DNA from: Cyanidioschyzon merolae
Lineage: Eukaryota
Assembly (NCBI GenBank): GCA_000091205.1
Contig: AP006494.2
DNA: 64,000 nt
Strand: one strand, 5' to 3'
Positions 9,497 through 21,281 of this stretch are shown here, in pieces. Numbering within the stretch: position 1 is the stretch's first letter; each line of letters opens with the position of its first letter. Both the position numbers and the translations under genes were made by a program. Under the pieces are notes generated by a model. That model was given only the letters and a program-made list of their open reading frames with translations, was not told the DNA's origin and did not search any database.

Positions 9497-11191
9497 GTGT
9501 GCCCTGCTACGAAGCGCACTCGATCCTACTGGGGGTTACAGGGTGCCCGCTCGTGCTTTCCAATCGACGAGGACATGGGGGATTTCTTGTTAAACGGGAA
9601 CCCAAAGTCGCCAGTGGAACGCAAGCTTGCGTCTTCGCCCGTGCAGAAAGCAAAGCCGCTGCCTCCGTGTCCTTTTAACGAGCAGGAGCTTTTTTACTGC
9701 AGCGACGGTGCCTCCGCTGCGGAAGTTTTCGAGAACTCCACCGTAGGCTACGCTTACAACGACATCATACTCCTGCCTGGGCATATCTACTTCTCTTCGG
9801 ATGATGTGAGCTTAGAAACGCGTATATCGCGTCGCATCGCGCTGAAAACCCCGCTTGTCTCGTCGCCGATGGATACGGTGACCGAGTCCGCGATGGCGAT
9901 TCACATGGCGCTGCACGGGGGTCTCGGAGTCATCCACTACAACAACACGATACGTGAACAGAAGAAAGAGGTTGATCGGGTGAAGCGGTTCGAAAACGGC
10001 TTTATTACGGACCCCAAAACGCTCTCTCCGGAACACACAATCGCCGACGCGAGAGCGATCAAAGCGCGCTACGGCTTTATGGGTATACCGATCACGGAGA
10101 ACGGCGCCATGTATAGCCGGCTGCTGGGGATTGTCACGAATCGTGACATCGAGTTCATCCGCGACCCCAATACCAAGCTCGGCGACGTCATGACCCGAGA
10201 CCTGGTGACTGCCCCCGAAGGCATCGGCCTCGATGAAGCGTACGCGATCGTGAAGGAGAGCAAGAAGGGCAAGTTGCCGATTGTGAATGAGCGCCACGAA
10301 CTCGTAGGACTTGTTGCACGCACGGACATCTTGAAAAACCGGGATTTTCCGAACGCGACAAAGGATCGGGTGGGAAAGAAACTTCTCTGTGGCGCAGCGA
10401 TCGGTACACGCCTGGAGGATCGCGAACGCCTGGATGCACTCGTGGAGGTCGGGGTTGACCTCATTGTCCTTGATTCGTCCCAGGGCGACTCGGTATTTCA
10501 ATTGGAGATGCTTCGGTATATTAAGAACAAGTACAGCCACCTCGAGGTCGTCTGTGGGAACGTTGTGACCACGACCCAGGCGTACCATTTGCTCAAAGCA
10601 GGCGCTGACGGGTTACGCATCGGTATGGGGTGCGGCAGCATCTGCACAACCCAGGAGGTCATGGCGTGTGGTCGACCACAAGCCACTGCAGTGTATCAGG
10701 TAAGCAAGTTTGCGCGCGAGCACGGGGTCCCGACCATTGCCGACGGCGGTGTGAGCAGCATCGGCCATATTATCAAGGGTCTCGCATGTGGCGCCAGCTG
10801 TGTCATGATGGGCAGCATGCTGGCTGGTACCGAGGAGGCACCCGGCGAGTATTTCTACAAGGACGGTGTTCGCCTGAAAAAGTACCGCGGAATGGGTAGC
10901 GCTGAAGCAATGCAAAAAGGCAGCGCTGTGCGCTATTTTAGCGAAGATGATCGGATTTTTGTGGCGCAGGGGGTCAGCGGCGCCGTCGTCGACAAGGGTT
11001 CACTACGACGATACCTCCCGTATTTGATCAATGGTATCAAACACGGTTTTCAAGATCTGGGCGTACCCAGTTTGGAAGAGTTGCATAACCGGCTGTACAA
11101 CGGAAGATTACGGTTTCAAGTGCGCACGCTCGCGGGCCAACTCGAAGGTGCCGTGCACTCTCTCTACACTTATGAACGTAGCGCAGTTTAG
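9497..11191 (+). CDS. IMPDH: Inosine-5'-monophosphate dehydrogenase (IMPDH); likely true start at ATG 9575
   Basis: About 65% identity by eye to human IMPDH2 across the whole length. It has a tandem CBS pair ([13 protein letters not shown]...[22 protein letters not shown]), the catalytic Cys loop [26 protein letters not shown], and the C-terminal KKYRGMGS...RYFSE...VAQGVSGAV region. The ORF is intact. Confidence 0.94.
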   Translation: MCPATKRTRSYWGLQGARSCFPIDEDMGDFLLNGNPKSPVERKLASSPVQKAKPLPPCPFNEQELFYCSDGASAAEVFENSTVGYAYNDIILLPGHIYFSSDDVSLETRISRRIALKTPLVSSPMDTVTESAMAIHMALHGGLGVIHYNNTIREQKKEVDRVKRFENGFITDPKTLSPEHTIADARAIKARYGFMGIPITENGAMYSRLLGIVTNRDIEFIRDPNTKLGDVMTRDLVTAPEGIGLDEAYAIVKESKKGKLPIVNERHELVGLVARTDILKNRDFPNATKDRVGKKLLCGAAIGTRLEDRERLDALVEVGVDLIVLDSSQGDSVFQLEMLRYIKNKYSHLEVVCGNVVTTTQAYHLLKAGADGLRIGMGCGSICTTQEVMACGRPQATAVYQVSKFAREHGVPTIADGGVSSIGHIIKGLACGASCVMMGSMLAGTEEAPGEYFYKDGVRLKKYRGMGSAEAMQKGSAVRYFSEDDRIFVAQGVSGAVVDKGSLRRYLPYLINGIKHGFQDLGVPSLEELHNRLYNGRLRFQVRTLAGQLEGAVHSLYTYERSAV

Positions 11192-12047
11192 CTGGCCGAA
11201 GCAGGTACTGCGACCTGGATCAGTCGAGTCTCCGTCTATACCTATGTACACAGCGTGGTGTTGATTTTCCCTGGAGGTCTTGGAGCATGTCGACGTCGAG
11301 CCAAGGCGCCAAGCGCACCCATCTACCAGGCATGTATCCGCTTTCCCGGACACGACAGACAACGCCGCCCGAGAAACCCATAGCCACGCGAGCACGCGCC
11401 CTGGCATACAGGCCCGGTGCCGTTGTGTCCCCCGTTTCCCGAGACAGGTCATAAACAAACCTCAGAAAAGCAGACTCCCACGACTAACGGTTACCGCTTG
11501 CACGCCTCATACGCTGTGCATGCTGCGTACGATCGACGGCATCGAATAAGCGCGTCATGAGGTTGCCGTTTGAGAGCGCCGGCCCAGAACGCCAAGCTAT
11601 GAAAAGCGCGCAGGTACCGGAAAAGCAGCTTGGTTTGTTACTGGAGCGAGGTTGTGTGCAGCTTTAGGAGGCGAGACATGCTGGAGACCGCGTTTCTTCA
11701 GTTGTTCCCGGTTGAAAAACCAGGAACAAGCAACCATTCGTCAACTGTGGTGGCACCGTGCGAAATGTTTGCATGCAGCATCTCGTCCACTGGCCTGGGA
11801 ACGTGCACGAACCGCTGGACGGTGCACGGAAGCCTTGCACCCGTCGTTTGGAATCCAGGCGGACACGAACAGTCCAGTCGCGATATCATGCAGGCATGCC
11901 GCTGACAACGCTGAAGGCACTGCTCCAGCGCTCTAGTCGTGTTGGATTAGAATGAAGCACTGAACTGCTTTCTGTATTTCTGGGCTGGGATTTTTCTCCG
12001 ACTTTTTTCTCTGAGACATACGGCCTCGGCGCTGGGAACGCAGCTAC

Positions 12048-12680
12048 AAGGGTTTACGGATGCGTACGCAGTTTGAGAATTCTCGGACGTCTTTTCGGTG
12101 TGGCCTGTTCGACTTTCTGCCGCTGGCTTTCGGTACATTACCGGACTGAAGATGGCTGGTGACGCTCTCGGAAACGGAGTCGTAAACTATCCGACATCAT
12201 GATCGAACGCTCACGTACAAATATTCATTCCTCAGTTTTCCTTACGTGTGGCATAGTTAAATCGTGCATGCTTTCTGTTTCTCTATCTTTCTATTTGACG
12301 CAACTCCCGGGGGCTGCAGTTCGTTGTCATGGACCTACGATCTTGTGAATTAGTCACCAAGCGCTACCATCGAGTTTTTTCCCTCGTCAATCCAGCTGCA
12401 CAAATTGCTATGTGCACAAGTTTCGCTGAAACAGAAAAAAGATAGACAGACGGCCAGCGTACGAAATCTGAGCATGCCAAACGTAAGGAAAACTGAGGAA
12501 TGAATACTTGTACGTGAGCGTTCGATCATGATGTCGGATAGTTTACGACTCCGTTTCCGAGAGCGTCACCAGCCATCTTCCGTCCGGTAATGTACCGAAT
12601 GCCAGCGGCAGAAAGTCGAACAGGCCGCACCGAAAAGACGTCCGAGAATTCTCAAACTGCGTACGCATCCGTAAACCCTT
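12048..12680. repeat. Near-perfect inverted repeat (two 200-bp arms, about 98% identical, 233-bp loop) forming a potential 633-nt hairpin
   Basis: Arm 12048-12247 (AAGGGTTTACGGATGCGTACGCAGTTTGAGAATTCTCGGACG...CCTCAGTTTTCCTTACGT) is the reverse complement of 12481-12680 with only 4 mismatches. The six-frame track shows the same peptide (MYR.PAAESRTG.TEKTSENSQTAYASVNP) on opposite strands at 11947-12138 and 12590-. Confidence 0.9.
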
Positions 12681-12890
12681 GGTGGTGCTCGCTGAATGTC
12701 CGGAATGTACATCTGAAAAGAGTATCGAACAAGTCGCAAGGCAGGAGCACAGCGAGTAGTTCTGTGTTCGATTGTAATCTGACACGGGTGTTCGGTACAC
12801 GCATCAAAGTACATGCGTATCGTCGCGAAACTGCACGGTTCCCATGCTTGCCGCCTACCACGCAGCACACCCGTGATAAATCGGATATCG

Positions 12891-14480
12891 TCAAACCTGC
12901 TTTTTCGATTCGCTACTATTTCCCTGCTCGAGATGCTTCTGCTCTACGTTGCCGTTCCCATCGGATACATCTGCTTTGCCGCTTGCGTCCGGAAGAGCTC
13001 TAGTCCAGCCGATCTCGGTGACGAGCAGGGCAACTCGCTGTTTGAAGCCGGCTTCAGCGAGCGTCATCGCGCTGTGGCTCGCTGGCGAATACGCTCGCTT
13101 GGGAAAGTTCGTGGTGAGCTCGAAGCGATCAAAGTCGATATCGGCAGAGGTCTCGGCCCAGTCGAAAAGATCGCGGAAGCTCCGTGATAACTCGAAGCGA
13201 CGCTGAGTACTCTTTCCGTCTGGTAAGCGTAGTAGCACTGTGACGACATGCTCACCCGGTTCTGGCTCAGGGCCTAGGGCAGCCCGCTTACGATCCAGCA
13301 TCGCCATCCGTTCGCGCCTTCGTTGATCCTGCTCCGCTGCTTCCTCACGAGCGCGTTGCTCGAATTCTCGACGGGCACGTTCCGCTGCTTGATCCGCCGC
13401 CAGCGCCTCTTGAAACTCTCTATCTTGCTCCTCACGCAGTCGCTGCGCTGATCGGCGTCGCTCACGCATGGTATGAGCAGTTCGAAGCGCATCCCCGTAC
13501 TCCAGAAGCACATTCTGGAGCCATAACAGCACATCAGTGGCAGTGATTGGCGCGTCTCTGCCACCACGCATCGAACGATCCAAATCACTTAGTACTCGAA
13601 GATCGATCAGCTGCCCGAGCGGCCATCGACGTGAAGCGAAGACCACCGCCAGGTACGGGTATCCGGCAGGTGTGAAGTAGGAGGCCAGCTCTACTGCTTC
13701 AGGAGAACGGTTCACCGAGGCTGCATAGAAAACAAAGTTCTCATTCACAAACTGAATGAAGCTCTCATCCGAAAGTATCTCACGGACGAAACGATCTGTC
13801 GCGTGGTGAATTTCTGAATGCAAGTAGAGCAGCACCAATTTGCACCTCTGCGTTGAGTGCTCCAGGGCTTCCTTGAATGTTCCATGGTAAATCGTTGGAT
13901 AGCGGATTGTCATACCGTATCTAGTGCGCAAGTTCTCCTCTAGCTCGGCGACTGCGGCTGCGCCCACAGCTCGCGAGCGACCAGCGTATCGGTAATAACG
14001 ATCTATGCCCATAATACGAGTCACCAGAGATGCGCACCATGCTAATACCATGCGTAATGCTTGGAAGGGGAGCGCCAGGAGCCGACGCAGATGCCCCAGC
14101 ACACCTGAAGGTGTTGCTTGTGCCAGTGCCGGCTGCAGCGCCCGCTCCGGTGTCGACGTTTCCGCGAGTGCGGGTGTCAGCGGCTGCGACTCACTGAGCC
14201 TAGACGCGTGCAGCTGCCCAGAGACCGGGGCACTCGACAGCTCGGACGCATCTGGTGTAGTGCCCGAGGTGTCAGATGTTGACGCGAATTCCAAACTTCC
14301 AGTTCGATTAGGCGGCTGCAGTGCGCCCTCGACACCGCGAGTCAGGAAAGCATCAACGGCTCTTTCAATGTTCCAGTTGTGCGCAGACAAAATGGCTCTC
14401 GCAACTTCGTTATCATCCAGAGCGGCGATATTCTTGAAAAGTGCGAGGGTTTCGTTCTGAGAATCCTCCGTAGCAGCCAT
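12891..14480 (-). CDS. FAF2/UBXD8-like UBX-domain protein (UBA-like, UAS/thioredoxin-like, coiled coil, UBX), 529 aa
   Basis: N-terminal UBA-like segment (ALFKNIAALDDNEVARAILSAHNWNIERAVDAFL). UAS/thioredoxin-like region (CKLVLLYLHSEIHHATDRFVREIL...FVFYAASVNRSPEAVELASYF). Glu/Arg-rich coiled coil (REFEQRAREEAAEQDQRRRERMAMLDRKRA). C-terminal UBX fold (VTVLLRLPDGKSTQRRFELSRSFRDLFDWAE...FELTTNFPKRAY). Confidence 0.8.
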   Translation of the reverse strand: MAATEDSQNETLALFKNIAALDDNEVARAILSAHNWNIERAVDAFLTRGVEGALQPPNRTGSLEFASTSDTSGTTPDASELSSAPVSGQLHASRLSESQPLTPALAETSTPERALQPALAQATPSGVLGHLRRLLALPFQALRMVLAWCASLVTRIMGIDRYYRYAGRSRAVGAAAVAELEENLRTRYGMTIRYPTIYHGTFKEALEHSTQRCKLVLLYLHSEIHHATDRFVREILSDESFIQFVNENFVFYAASVNRSPEAVELASYFTPAGYPYLAVVFASRRWPLGQLIDLRVLSDLDRSMRGGRDAPITATDVLLWLQNVLLEYGDALRTAHTMRERRRSAQRLREEQDREFQEALAADQAAERARREFEQRAREEAAEQDQRRRERMAMLDRKRAALGPEPEPGEHVVTVLLRLPDGKSTQRRFELSRSFRDLFDWAETSADIDFDRFELTTNFPKRAYSPASHSAMTLAEAGFKQRVALLVTEIGWTRALPDASGKADVSDGNGNVEQKHLEQGNSSESKKQV

Positions 14481-15040
14481 TCAACAAACGTAGAGGAAAA
14501 TGAATAGAATCTTGACAAGTTCCTCAAGGTAAAAGAGCTGCGGCTACACAGAACGAACGCGATCGGAAGCGTCAACGTGTGCGCAAACAGAGTCCCAAGT
14601 GAGCCCGCAGCCGTGAAACTGCCCTGAAACAGTCGAAACACTTGTCACAACCGTCAAATCTTTAATCAGTTCTCTCAAACCGAGCGATGTAAGTGACTGC
14701 ACTTCTCTCTGTTGATCGTTGCACGAAGCCTGTCGTCGGTGACACGCGTAGAAGTACCGCGCGAGACGAGAGATGCTGCTGCTGCTGCTGCTGAATGCAC
14801 ACCATGTCACGAGCGTTCCTGTCACAGGCGTTGCGGCATTAACGATCGCCATCGAGTGCAGGCGCGGAGGCCGGCGTGCGTCGGCGTCCGTTCGACGGTG
14901 CCAACGGCACAGCGCCGACCACGCAAGCGCCGCGCAACGAGCGGTGCGTCTGGATATGCCCAACGCTGACTACCGCTGATGCTTGCATTGTCAAGAGCCA
15001 ATGATTTTAGGCAATATAGTACAAGCATTTCAAGTTGTAA

Positions 15041-15290
15041 GCGATGTTTGTGACGTAAAGAATCAAGGCTTTTAACTAGTAGAGTATACGGTGATTACAA
15101 GCAACGAGCGAGTCTTTTAGCATAGACAGTCAGCGTTTTCAACCGGTGTAGCATGGGGATTGCATGCAACAGGAGATGCCTCTAACGTGAAGAATCAAGG
15201 TTTCTGAACAGTGTCGCACTGGCATTACAGGCTGCAGGCGATGCTTCCGCTGTACAGAATGAACGCTATTGTTATTTAAACTCGGGAAAA
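15041..15290. repeat. Degenerate tandem array (about 66-bp unit) in the divergent promoter region between the UBX gene and the 16102 gene
   Basis: Clear copies of GATG..T.T.ACGT[AG]AAGAATCAAGG[CT]TT.T.AAC.GT...GG.ATTACA[AG]G start at 15041 and 15172. Weaker copies start near 15107 and 15238. Confidence 0.4.
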
Positions 15291-16101
15291 TCTCGGTGTC
15301 GGGTAGCATTGAGCAGCACACAGCCAGCAGTTGAAGCCAATTTTACGGGGAGCAATGCCTTTATACCCGTAGGCTGACCGGGGAAGCCCCATGCTCCGTT
15401 TGCTGCCCACGAGGTCGCAACATCAGACTCAGCGGCAGTGTCCTGCGGAGAGAAAACACTTTTAACGCATCCTATAAGTTCCATGTGACGGACGCTTAGA
15501 GCGTCCAGAGCACTCGAGCACAGGTGCACCCGTCGGTCTGAATATTCCCCGCCGAAGCAACACCTCTAACGATCGCAGACGCCGCCACGCGCCACGTCCG
15601 TACGGAGAGCAAGCGGTCGTCATTGCCTGCGCATGGGCGCTTCGCTGTGATTCCCGCTACTGAACGCCGGCGAACGCGCTTTTGAAGGGATCCCGAATAC
15701 AACCAGTATACCGATAATCGCGGGTGTCATGATAACACGAGCAGGTTCTCCGTGCCATGCCTGACGCACGCATGCGCCTCCAACGACGCCGTCCGTTGCG
15801 CCACGTATCTGTTGGCGATCACGCGATGCCCCGCGTGAACCTTGTTGCAGTCACGTGACATTGCTTCCGGCAATGCGCACCGATGGAGATGATGGCGCTG
15901 CGCGTGCGCGTAGCTGCATCTGCGCCGTCGCAAATGAAGTTTCGACGTCTTAGCGCGTGCACTTGCCAGGGAATCGACGCCCGGGAATGAGGGTTTAGTG
16001 TGGTATATTTTTGACGAGGAGCGGACCGGACTGCTGCGCAAAGGCAAAATCTTCCAAAACAACTTTACTGTACTTATATATAGGGAATTGAGTCCGTCAG
16101 T

Positions 16102-19100
16102 ATGCAGATTCCTGAGAACACCGACCATGTTCAGCTGGAACTTGAGGCACGTCGGCGGCCTGGTCGGCCTCCGGTGCACGTTTGGGTTGACCTCCCCGAC
16201 GAGCTTCTCTCTCCAGAACAGAAGCGAAAGAAAAGAGCGATACTCCTGCGCAGGGCGAGACAACAACGTCTGTATGAGCGCCGGAAACTGTTGAGGGCGG
16301 GTATAGTCTCGACACCGTCGGAGAAAGCGGTGATACCGCCGTCCTGCGAGCACGCAGCTGGTGCGCCTCCCGCCAGCCGTAGTCAGGCACAAGCCGAGCG
16401 CATCGACGGCGAACCGCGTTCTATGTCTGCTGATTCGGGACAATTTTCAGGTCGGGCAAACGTTGAATCCGGCGTTGAAGACACCTGGACTGCAGAGCTG
16501 TCCTATACAAATGCACCGAGTGGGGCTCGCAAAAACCTTGAGGGGCAGAAAATTTTTGCAGGGCGGCCACAACTGCTGCCGACCCCGGGACACATGGGAT
16601 TCCGTACCACAGATACACAGAAAAGAAACTGGGAAGGGGCCTTTCCAGATGGGAATAAGCCCAGTGGCATTCGTCTCGAGCCGATGCGGGGAGCACTGGC
16701 TTGCAGCAAGCCCTCGCTCAACGCACCGCATGACACAGACGGAGCGCATATCGACTCGCGATATCCGGACGCATCCTTGATGAAGCATGCCAAGGATGGG
16801 GTATTCGTCGCACAACCGACGCCTCTTGAAGGGGGATCTTATCCGTGCTACCGCGGCGCTTGGGAAGGGCCATCCCGGGAGGCACTTCGGATCCACCCCG
16901 TGACATCATGTGCACTGACGTCGGCCGGTGCCCCGGGCTATGTTTCGGCCTATGGTGAGATCACGGCTGCCCAGCTGGTGCCATCATACGTGATGCCGGC
17001 TGCAGCGCTCATGGGAATCAAGCAAGGCGCTCCAGCGATCGCGGGCAAGGCATCCGTCCATATTGGGAAAGCTGCACTTCCTTCTGTGGTGCCGGCATCT
17101 CCGGGAACCTATGGTGAAAGCCGAGGAATCCGTGAGCCCCAACAGACTCCAGGGATGACGGGCTCAGTCCTGGTCATGTCGCCGGTAACGCCTCCCGACC
17201 TGGATGTGAAGCATTTGGAGATGTCTAGTTCCCAGGCATGGATAACAAAAGGGAGCAACGAGCGGCACGGGCAGAGCTATCTTACGAGACCCACTGTCCA
17301 GGGTTTGCGCACCGATCAAATTTCTGTTGAAGGCCAAGGTCGGGGAACGAATATATGCGACGCGAATGGGATGCTATTGAAGGCTGGGCATCAGGGCGCA
17401 CACCAGGAGACACTCCACAGAACTAAAGCAGAGGCAGAGGTTTGGGGAGATGTGAGCACGCCTCGGCTGCTGGAATCGCGAGTGCGCACGGCGGGAACCT
17501 TACGGAATATCTCCACCGCAGACATGCGTGTTTTCCAACCTGATGCATTGTTGAAGCTTTACCATTCCGTATCGGACTTTGAGCAACGTCTTTTCGTGCG
17601 CCTTACGCTGCCTCCTGCGTGTATAGACGAAGAATTGGTTGCAGTATTGGTTTCGGATGAGGAAAATCCATCCGTATTGAAGGAATCGGATGAAAGCGCT
17701 TCGGGATCAGGGGGACGGCATCTCGAAGAGAACGCCACCGGCCAGGAACAGAGCCACAAGCATGAAGCCGGAAAACGAAGGGCCATAGCATCGGCATTGA
17801 GTGTGTTCGTCGATCACGGATTGTTGCGTCGCGCTAGTTCCTGCTATATTGCAAACGCTTCCTGGCGAGAATTTGTTCAAAGCGTCGTAGCAAACGATCC
17901 AGAGCAAGTTGCGCATGTCTCGCGAGAAGTTCGTGAACGATTCTGCGCCGAATCTTGCGATGCACAGCGCCGTTTTGTGGTATGGATACTCGATCGCTTC
18001 ATTCGCGACGCGCCTGCACTTCCGAATGGCCTGCATTTTGATGATCAAGTAGGCAGCTGTATTCAAGCATGGTTTGCGGAATCGAAGAATCTGTTGGCAG
18101 CGCTTGCGTTTGCATCTGCACAGCGAAGTCGAGCGCTTTCGCAGCTTCTGATTCGAGGCTATTCGGTGATGCGCATGTGCATTTCTCCAGAAGTGCGCGT
18201 GAACTATTTGAGACAAGCGCTGGCGCTGCTTCACCGAACACCGGACTCGGAATCGATTTATGAGTCGAGCGATGCGGCTTCGAGCGGATTGGCGTCGGAG
18301 CGCCAGCAATGCATGCTGGTCAAGTACATGCCACAGAGCGAAGAGGAGGCTCTCTTGCTGCAACTCTTAGGGGCGTCCCTAGTCGACATGCTTCACGTGG
18401 AGGAAGCAGAGCAGCCACTCTGCCAGGCGCTGCGTTATTTCATCGGAGCTCTGGCGCGTCAATTGGGCGTGTCCGATGCAACCATTGAAAAAATTGATGA
18501 TTTATGCCTCGATGAAGAGATCGCCCTCATTCAGAGCGGCTTCTGCGCCGGCGGTAACGCGCCATCAAAGAAACCCGCGCCCCAGGCAACCGAGCTAACG
18601 CGCAAGTGCCAAGCGCGTATGGCGCTTTTACGGTTGGATATGCTGCTGGAGTTGTATCAGCGAAAAGCTGCGGATCAAACGAGCGACGTGTCGTATGTAA
18701 CATCAGAGCCGCGATCCGTGAGTGCCTCACAATCACCAAGTGCTGCATCCGAAGCAAGCCCTCGTTGGAAGGAGGATACAGCGTGTGCGGTACACCAGCA
18801 AAACGCCAGTAATCCGCGAGAGCTACTCCAGTGCTGCGTTGTGTCGCTTCTGCTGCTGAGTCTTCGAATCGGTCTCGAGGGCTCTCGTTCCGAGGCCTGC
18901 GATCTTCTCTACATGTGCCTGCACATTCTCCACGCGCTGGGCTTTTCACGAAGCACGCATGCGGCTGCGACGCTGCTATCGCTCGCTGGAACCTACCTGA
19001 CAAGCGGGCAGTTGATGCGCGCCCGTGACGTGTGCCATCGAGCGCTGGACGTGCTGCGCGAGGGCAGCTTTACCCACACGCCCGTCTATGCCGACGCGCT

Positions 19101-19551
19101 CGGTATGGTCGGTGCAATCGAGCTCATCGAAGGACTGCACCCAGCAGCTGCGGAGCACTTTAGCGCTGCACTCAAAGTGCTAGACTCGTGGCTCGATACC
19201 TATGGAGGTCTACCGCACGAGCACTGTCTCAATAGTCCAGACGATGTCCAGTACTTGCCGCTTCAACACTGCCAAGAGTTGCATCTCTGGCTCTCCATTG
19301 GGCTAGCCCGCACCTGCCGAGCACAGCAGCAACATGAAGCAGCGGAGCGGATCGCGAGCGCTGCGATGACGTGCTGGCGGCGTATCGTTGCGGTCGCCGC
19401 AGTGGACGCAGCGCCGACACCAAAGCCGTGTGTGAGTCTCGGGGCGGCAAACGCTTCCATCCCATCACCGTCATCATCAGCGTATATGGAGGCAGTCTCG
19501 TTGTTGCCTCCTGTTTTTCAAGATTTTGGGAACCTGCGCCACATTTATTAA
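16102..19551 (+). CDS. Large hypothetical protein, 1149 aa, with a C-terminal helical/TPR-like region
   Basis: Single intact ORF with host-like GC-rich codon usage. The C-terminal third is predicted helical repeats (LLSLAGTYLTSGQLMRARDVCHRALDVL...AAEHFSAALKVLDSW). No family is confidently recognised; the true start may lie downstream. Confidence 0.45.
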   Translation: MQIPENTDHVQLELEARRRPGRPPVHVWVDLPDELLSPEQKRKKRAILLRRARQQRLYERRKLLRAGIVSTPSEKAVIPPSCEHAAGAPPASRSQAQAERIDGEPRSMSADSGQFSGRANVESGVEDTWTAELSYTNAPSGARKNLEGQKIFAGRPQLLPTPGHMGFRTTDTQKRNWEGAFPDGNKPSGIRLEPMRGALACSKPSLNAPHDTDGAHIDSRYPDASLMKHAKDGVFVAQPTPLEGGSYPCYRGAWEGPSREALRIHPVTSCALTSAGAPGYVSAYGEITAAQLVPSYVMPAAALMGIKQGAPAIAGKASVHIGKAALPSVVPASPGTYGESRGIREPQQTPGMTGSVLVMSPVTPPDLDVKHLEMSSSQAWITKGSNERHGQSYLTRPTVQGLRTDQISVEGQGRGTNICDANGMLLKAGHQGAHQETLHRTKAEAEVWGDVSTPRLLESRVRTAGTLRNISTADMRVFQPDALLKLYHSVSDFEQRLFVRLTLPPACIDEELVAVLVSDEENPSVLKESDESASGSGGRHLEENATGQEQSHKHEAGKRRAIASALSVFVDHGLLRRASSCYIANASWREFVQSVVANDPEQVAHVSREVRERFCAESCDAQRRFVVWILDRFIRDAPALPNGLHFDDQVGSCIQAWFAESKNLLAALAFASAQRSRALSQLLIRGYSVMRMCISPEVRVNYLRQALALLHRTPDSESIYESSDAASSGLASERQQCMLVKYMPQSEEEALLLQLLGASLVDMLHVEEAEQPLCQALRYFIGALARQLGVSDATIEKIDDLCLDEEIALIQSGFCAGGNAPSKKPAPQATELTRKCQARMALLRLDMLLELYQRKAADQTSDVSYVTSEPRSVSASQSPSAASEASPRWKEDTACAVHQQNASNPRELLQCCVVSLLLLSLRIGLEGSRSEACDLLYMCLHILHALGFSRSTHAAATLLSLAGTYLTSGQLMRARDVCHRALDVLREGSFTHTPVYADALGMVGAIELIEGLHPAAAEHFSAALKVLDSWLDTYGGLPHEHCLNSPDDVQYLPLQHCQELHLWLSIGLARTCRAQQQHEAAERIASAAMTCWRRIVAVAAVDAAPTPKPCVSLGAANASIPSPSSSAYMEAVSLLPPVFQDFGNLRHIY

Positions 19552-21281
19552 GTAGGGGTTTATGTGTGTGTTCTCATGATTCTGTTTTAGGGGAATTCAT
19601 GAACGCGGGCATCATCATCATCGTCGTCGACTAGCTGGTCTTGCGGGGAAGGTGCGGCGTGAGCGCGGGCAGCGGCGCGCCTGGCGTTGATCGTGATGCG
19701 TATCCGCGGTGTCGCTAGTTAAAAGGTATTTTGAATGAGTATCAGATCTTGAAGAGGGATTAGAGCGTCTTCTGGTGCATGGAACACCTGCCCAAGAAAA
19801 CAGAGTGCTGCCGCGGTTGTCGGTCCAGTGTCTCGCGTGTTCACGAGTGCAGTGAGCGAGTGCACTGCTCCTGGTTAGGTGCCTGCGGCTCTGTGCTCAG
19901 TGGCATGATCGCCGCGTGATCGTTCGTGAAGGAGCTACCTGTTCCGCATCGGGTTGGCGGCCTCTCTGATACGGTAGATCGCGTTTGTGGTAGGTTGCTC
20001 CTGACGCTGAACGCAGCTCCTATCGCTGGCGGAATCACTTTGAGCGATGGACCACGGTGACATGGGACGTGTCCAGCAACTTGCTGCTCCGCTGTGACCG
20101 GTGGGACAATCCTTCAGTATATGCGTCGCTGCATTCATGCGCGAGGTCAGCTCCGTGTCGTTCCCAGGAGACTTGTTGGCCTGCGTCCATAGACAGGTGT
20201 CTATGGATTCTCGTTTACCGATGCAGTAGAGCATGCTTTGCGATCCCTGCGTGAAACGGAGCCAGGTAAGCCGATTGCAGATCGTGCCGCGTCACTAGAC
20301 CAGACGTTGGTTGCTTCGGAGCGTATCGGATGCTCGTGCATGTTGCTTTTTTCTTCGGAAGGTGCAAAGCGCATACGAAACAAAGCCCTATCACCGACAT
20401 AGGTTGTAAAGTTGCCGCAGCGCAAGCCACGTAGCACCGCTGTTGGCGATGCTGGTGATAAGCGAACCGGGATGCTTGGCGGATCCGCTGGCATCTGCAG
20501 CTTCCCCGCGTCAAAACTGGGACTGGAAGCGTCTTCACTCTACTGCGAAGAAACAGTTCCGAGAAAACTGGTACGACACTGTTATATGGGGCACGTGCCG
20601 CTCATTCAACAGCGCTACCCGTAGCATTTCGGTAAAGCGGGCGCGCCGCATCTCTCGCGGACGCCGCAGAACGCCCTGCAAGGCCGCCGAGTGTCCGTCG
20701 ACCGTTCCCGAGTTCTCACGAAACGAATGATGGGTATTCACAGGGTGCTCCGCCGAGGCATTTTGCCTCGATAAGTAAACCGGGCGAGGAAACTAGAACG
20801 CTGCTTCTGTAACTGGTGACCTGAGCCAGTCTAGCTGTCCACGGATTCCATCATCGGTTTTTTATGTTTTAAAATGCATGAAACAAGCCAGATGACCCCA
20901 GGTGTGCGAGTGATGCTAGGCGGTACCGATACCCGCGGCAGTGGCGTCAGCGTCGCTGTACCTGCCGCCATATCCGCTTCACAGCCATTCCATGCGGCAT
21001 GTGCGTAGCGACAGACCCCGCGAACATCGCGTCCGTTTTATACCATTGAGTATAAATAAATTCAGTTGCTGGAAGCTTTCCGTTGACGTCCTGCGCGCAT
21101 CACCATCCACGATCTCAGGGAGCGGCGCTCGCTACGTGCAGAAACGCCGCCGCCCCAGTGATCGAAGGCGGTCCAGATAGCAGCGCCCGCACCTGGAAAC
21201 AGTGCAGCGCCAGTGCACGCATAACGCCCTGCACGCGCGAGGCTCGTTGCGCGTCGGAAAGCGGCGTCGATCAGCGCACGC

